A DNA stretch of 64,000 bases from Anaerohalosphaeraceae bacterium. Lineage in GTDB: Bacteria > Planctomycetota > Phycisphaerae > Sedimentisphaerales > Anaerohalosphaeraceae. This document shows, in pieces, positions 60,511-64,000 of the stretch. A model generated the notes under the pieces. That model worked only from the letters and a program-made list of their open reading frames with translations, was not told the origin of the DNA and did no database searches. The number at the start of each line of letters is the position of its first letter. Position 1 is the stretch's first letter. Where the stretch lies: positions 64,001-128,000 of the forward strand of contig JBNRMN010000034.1 in the NCBI GenBank assembly GCA_050309605.1. The letters are read 5' to 3'. The position numbers and the translations under genes were made by a program.

Positions 60511-61710
60511 TTAATGGTCGCAGATATTGACGCCGGCCTGAAGCGCTTGATTATGATAGGCCGTCACCAGGTTTTCGGGCGTATCGACCGGCGCACCGAC
60601 GATAACGTCAATGTCATTTTGCACGAACAACTGCTGGGCACGCTGCCCCATCCCGCCGGCCAGAATGACATTAACGCCCTGTTCATGCAGCCACCTGGGC
60701 AGCACGCCCGGCTCATGGGGCGGCGGGGCCATATCCGTGCGACCGATGATCGTACCGTTGTCGGTATCAATTACGGCAAACAGATCGCAATGACCAAAAT
60801 GCGGACACAGTTTTCCGTCAGACAGGGGAATTGCAAATCGCATCGTCGCATGTCCTTTCAAATCGGTTTTCGTGTTCGGTTTTTCAAGTTCCAGGATGGG
60901 CCGGACAACCTCGGCAAAACAGCCGGCGGTCTTACTGTCTTGATAGACTTTGACATAGGGATTGCCCGAATCGCAGGCGTCCACGATCTGCGGATCGAGC
61001 GGGATACGGCCCAGGAAGGAAACGTTCATTTCCAACGCCATATTCTCGCCGCCGCCGGATTTGAATAGATCCATGTGTTCTCCACATGTCGGGCAGGCAA
61101 ACCCGCTCATATTTTCAATTACGCCCAGGATCGGCAGGTTCAGTTGACGGCAAAATGAAATACACTTCCGCACGTCCGTGACCGCGACCTCCTGCGGCGT
61201 TGTGACAATGACCGCGCCGTCGGCGTCGCCGATCAATTGAGCCACTGACAGCGGTTCGTCGCCTGTGCCGGGCGGGGCGTCCACAATCAAAAAATCCAGA
61301 TCGGACCATTCGACGTCTTTGAGAAACTGTTTGATCATTTGATACTTCATCGGCCCGCGCCAGATCACGGGGCTGTCCGGATCGGGCAGGAGAAAACCCA
61401 CCGACATTGCCGAGAGGTTATCCATCACCGCGATCGGCTTGATGGCCTCGGCCAGGCTGACGGGTTTTTGACCTTCCAGTTTGAGAATCTTGGGCACGCT
61501 CGGCCCATGAATATCCACATCCAGAAGCCCGACCTTCCTGCCCGCCAGCGCCAGCGAAACCGCCAGATTGACCGCGACGGTGCTTTTGCCGACGCCGCCT
61601 TTACCGGACAGGACAAGAATCTTATGCTTGATACGGCTCATCCGATGACGAACCTGAAGCCGCTCCTGGTCAACCTGAACATCTTTTTGTCCTTCAGAAT
61701 ACCGCGTCAT
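60511..61710 (-). CDS. Mrp/ApbC Fe-S carrier ATPase fused to a NifB/NifX domain (MrpORP-like)
   Basis: SGKGGVGKST, WRGP, DAPPGTGDE and ENMS..CPTC; C-terminal HFGHC..F, P.H.PG, GGMG.RA and N.CDH. Confidence 0.92.
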   Translation of the reverse strand: MTRYSEGQKDVQVDQERLQVRHRMSRIKHKILVLSGKGGVGKSTVAVNLAVSLALAGRKVGLLDVDIHGPSVPKILKLEGQKPVSLAEAIKPIAVMDNLSAMSVGFLLPDPDSPVIWRGPMKYQMIKQFLKDVEWSDLDFLIVDAPPGTGDEPLSVAQLIGDADGAVIVTTPQEVAVTDVRKCISFCRQLNLPILGVIENMSGFACPTCGEHMDLFKSGGGENMALEMNVSFLGRIPLDPQIVDACDSGNPYVKVYQDSKTAGCFAEVVRPILELEKPNTKTDLKGHATMRFAIPLSDGKLCPHFGHCDLFAVIDTDNGTIIGRTDMAPPPHEPGVLPRWLHEQGVNVILAGGMGQRAQQLFVQNDIDVIVGAPVDTPENLVTAYHNQALQAGVNICDH

Positions 61711-61748
61711 AGTGGTTTCCTTAATCAATCGTAAGTATGCTTTTTTAT

Positions 61749-62639
61749 TCAGCCTGCGGCATACACGACCTGCCGCCAGAGGGTTTTAATCTTATCGGCA
61801 ATCTCACCGCCGGTATATTCGATGAGGGTTGCTTTCATAATCTGGGCTTTGGTAAACGCATCGTCATACGGCAGTTGGCCGATCATGGTCAACCCTTGTG
61901 TTTGAGCCTGTTCGGCAATCTGATTGCTCATCTGCGGGTTGATGTCCGCCTTGTTGATGCAGACCAGTGTCTTGATGCCGAAGTTTCGGGTCAACTGCCC
62001 GACACGCTCCAAATCGTGCAGCCCCGACAGCGTCGGTTCGGTGACAATCAGCACCACATCGGCGCCGGTGATTGACGCAATGACCGGACAGCCGATACCC
62101 GGCGAGCCGTCCACAATCAAAAGGCGTTTATGCTGTTCTTCAGCGATGTGTTTGGCTTCTCTGCGAATCAGTGTTACCAGCTTGCCGCTGTTTTCCTGTG
62201 CGATGCCCAGTCGGGCGTGAACCATCGGGCCGAAGCGCGTCTCGGAAACAAACCACTGCCCGTTGATCGCCGGTTCAAAGGCAATCGCGCCAACAGGGCA
62301 AAATTCCACGCACACCTTACACCCTTCACAGGCAATCGGATCGACGCGATAGGTCTTGCCGGCAACGTCATTACCCGGCCCGTCCAGCGTAATCGCGTCA
62401 AACCGGCACAGCGCCGCGCACTTGCCGCAGCCGGTGCATTTGTGCGGGTCAATGGCAGCCAGCCTGCCGCCGGAAAAATCGGATTGGCGGGCGATCTTGG
62501 GGTCTATCACCAAATGCAAATCCGCCGCGTCCACATCGCAGTCGGCCAGCACGGCGTCTTGGGCCAGCGACCCAAACGCTGCGGTAAGACTGGTCTTGCC
62601 CGTACCGCCCTTGCCGCTGATAATGACTATTTCTTTCAC
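61749..62639 (-). CDS. MinD-type P-loop ATPase with inserted 2x[4Fe-4S] ferredoxin (COG1149)
   Basis: SGKGGTGKT, DCDVDAADL, CTGCGKC..C, CEGC.VC...CP, SGKLV, PGIGCPVI and VTEPT.SG.HDL. Confidence 0.93.
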   Translation of the reverse strand: MKEIVIISGKGGTGKTSLTAAFGSLAQDAVLADCDVDAADLHLVIDPKIARQSDFSGGRLAAIDPHKCTGCGKCAALCRFDAITLDGPGNDVAGKTYRVDPIACEGCKVCVEFCPVGAIAFEPAINGQWFVSETRFGPMVHARLGIAQENSGKLVTLIRREAKHIAEEQHKRLLIVDGSPGIGCPVIASITGADVVLIVTEPTLSGLHDLERVGQLTRNFGIKTLVCINKADINPQMSNQIAEQAQTQGLTMIGQLPYDDAFTKAQIMKATLIEYTGGEIADKIKTLWRQVVYAAG

Positions 62640-62659
62640 TTAATTATCCTCATCGTCTG

Positions 62660-63019
62660 TTAAAACGTAATGATCTTATCTGCTTGGATAACCCACTGTG
62701 CCAAATCGGACATTGTGGCTTCTTCGGCGTCTTGGTAATAAGGTTCTCCCTTATGGATGCCGCAACGAGCTTTGCAGGTTCCGCAGACCTTAACCCGTAC
62801 TCCCTGAGCGATCAAGTCCTTTAACATCTGAACCAGGTCAAAATAGTCTCCAGGGGGCTTTGTCGTCTCGCGCGCCAAATCCACCGAATCATTCATCAAA
62901 AATATTTGAACACGGCTATTGGTCTTAATCAAATGCTCAGCAAGGCGAAGTCCGTTCCATGTCACATCGGTGCCGTCATAAGGAGTTCTGTTAAATACAA
63001 GAAGGATGTTTTTTGCCAT
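62660..63019 (-). CDS. DsrE/YchN-family sulfur relay protein
   Basis: PY.....WN.LRLA, FLMNDSV, VCGTC..RCG and M..LA.W...ADK..TF. Confidence 0.85.
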   Translation of the reverse strand: MAKNILLVFNRTPYDGTDVTWNGLRLAEHLIKTNSRVQIFLMNDSVDLARETTKPPGDYFDLVQMLKDLIAQGVRVKVCGTCKARCGIHKGEPYYQDAEEATMSDLAQWVIQADKIITF

Positions 63020-63389
63020 GGGATTTACCTTTTTTGTTTTCCGGTTCAAAAAATTTGTCACGCCACCACAAAAAATGACCCCAGGCGTTATCCAGCTTAT
63101 ATCTTTCATTTTCTTCAAATCCGGACCACGATGCAATTTCTTGGGTCAGTTGTTCGCACGGCGTGCCGAATGCCAGCAATTCATACGCACACTTAATCAG
63201 CACAAATCGTTTGTTGGCCTCCGGCGTATTACCGTTATGATCCGGATGATAACGACTGGCCGCCTTTCGATAGGCCTTTTTCAGTTCTTCGAGACCGGCC
63301 CACTCTTTGACCTCAAGCAGTTTTGATGCGACATTGCGCGCTTCGCAATCCTGCGTTATTTTGATCATAAAATCAGGGTCATGCTTCAT
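62991..63389 (-). CDS. J-domain protein
   Basis: LKKAYRK.A..YHPDHN......F..I..AYE.L. Confidence 0.88.
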   Translation of the reverse strand: MKHDPDFMIKITQDCEARNVASKLLEVKEWAGLEELKKAYRKAASRYHPDHNGNTPEANKRFVLIKCAYELLAFGTPCEQLTQEIASWSGFEENERYKLDNAWGHFLWWRDKFFEPENKKGKSHGKKHPSCI

Positions 63390-63429
63390 CGTTAATCATC
63401 CCTTTGTGTCATAAAATGGCTCAAAAGGT

Positions 63430-63999
63430 TTATACTGTTTGGCGGCTTGTTTTGTTTTTAGAATGAGTTGACAAAACGGCCATTGAATCGAAGAGATGAA
63501 TAAATTTTTTCCGATAGTCTGTCATTACGTTGACCATCATGTCGCCGCGCGAGTAGGCCTCGGCAATCCGACGGTCATTGGGGATTTCCAGCAGCACGGC
63601 AATACTTTCATTTCGACAGTATTTTACAATGCTGTCATCGCCGATATCGCAGCGATTGATCGCAACGGCGAATGGAATGCTCAACTGCCGTGCCATTCCG
63701 ACGGCCAGTTCAAGATCATTAAGGCCAAACGGCGTCGGCTCGGTGACCAGCAGGACAAAATCGCAGTCTTTGACCGCTTCAATCACAGGACATGATGTGC
63801 CGGGCGGCGCATCGAGAAGGACAATTCCGCGATCGCGTATGCCCTTTTTCAGATGCCGAATGACCGCCGGGCTTTGGATGGCGCCAATGTCCAATACACC
63901 CTGCCCGACTGCGATGCCATCGGATACGCCGTATTGCACAACACCAATCTTGCGCGGCACTTCCCGGATCGCCCCCGTCGGGCAGACCGCTATGCAGCC
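63430..63999 (-). CDS. Second COG1149 MinD-type ATPase, 5'-truncated by the window end
   Basis: C.AVCP.GAI, DAPPGTSCPV and LVTEPTPFGLNDL. Confidence 0.9.
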   Translation of the reverse strand, partial: GCIAVCPTGAIREVPRKIGVVQYGVSDGIAVGQGVLDIGAIQSPAVIRHLKKGIRDRGIVLLDAPPGTSCPVIEAVKDCDFVLLVTEPTPFGLNDLELAVGMARQLSIPFAVAINRCDIGDDSIVKYCRNESIAVLLEIPNDRRIAEAYSRGDMMVNVMTDYRKKFIHLFDSMAVLSTHSKNKTSRQTV

Positions 64000-64000
64000 G

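Overview
A 64-kb window from a GC-rich anaerobic bacterium, probably Planctomycetota/PVC. This is inferred from the PVC-type small basic protein at 8565-8726. Housekeeping content: the rpmF-plsX-fabH-fabD-fabG-acpP-fabF operon, an aminotransferase, an nfeD-nfeD-floA operon, priA, mfd, dprA, rluA, glyA, tRNA-Pro(CGG), and a TPP-riboswitch-controlled thiS-thiG-thiH operon. Accessory content: a GH78 rhamnosidase, an atypical GrpE-Hsp70-J-like triad, two two-component systems, IS3 remnants, and an ORP-like (Mrp-NifX / COG1149) cluster. The main discovery is at 14110-23402. selA-selB is flanked by two small ORFs that the ORF track misses, each with an in-frame UGA in the same GGG-UGA-GGC-A context and a matching 8-bp/UGG-loop SECIS-like hairpin 12-13 nt downstream. 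One is an 86-aa soluble protein (U41-G-S-T-C45) that heads an operon encoding a SAM methyltransferase, a double-cubane-type reductase, two HgdAB-like subunits and an ATP-dependent activase. The other is an 86-aa three-TM protein (U28, C-terminal C86) directly after selB. Together they suggest a selenoprotein/methyltransferase/ATP-driven reductase system that I do not recognise. All calls come from reading the sequence; no database searches were run.
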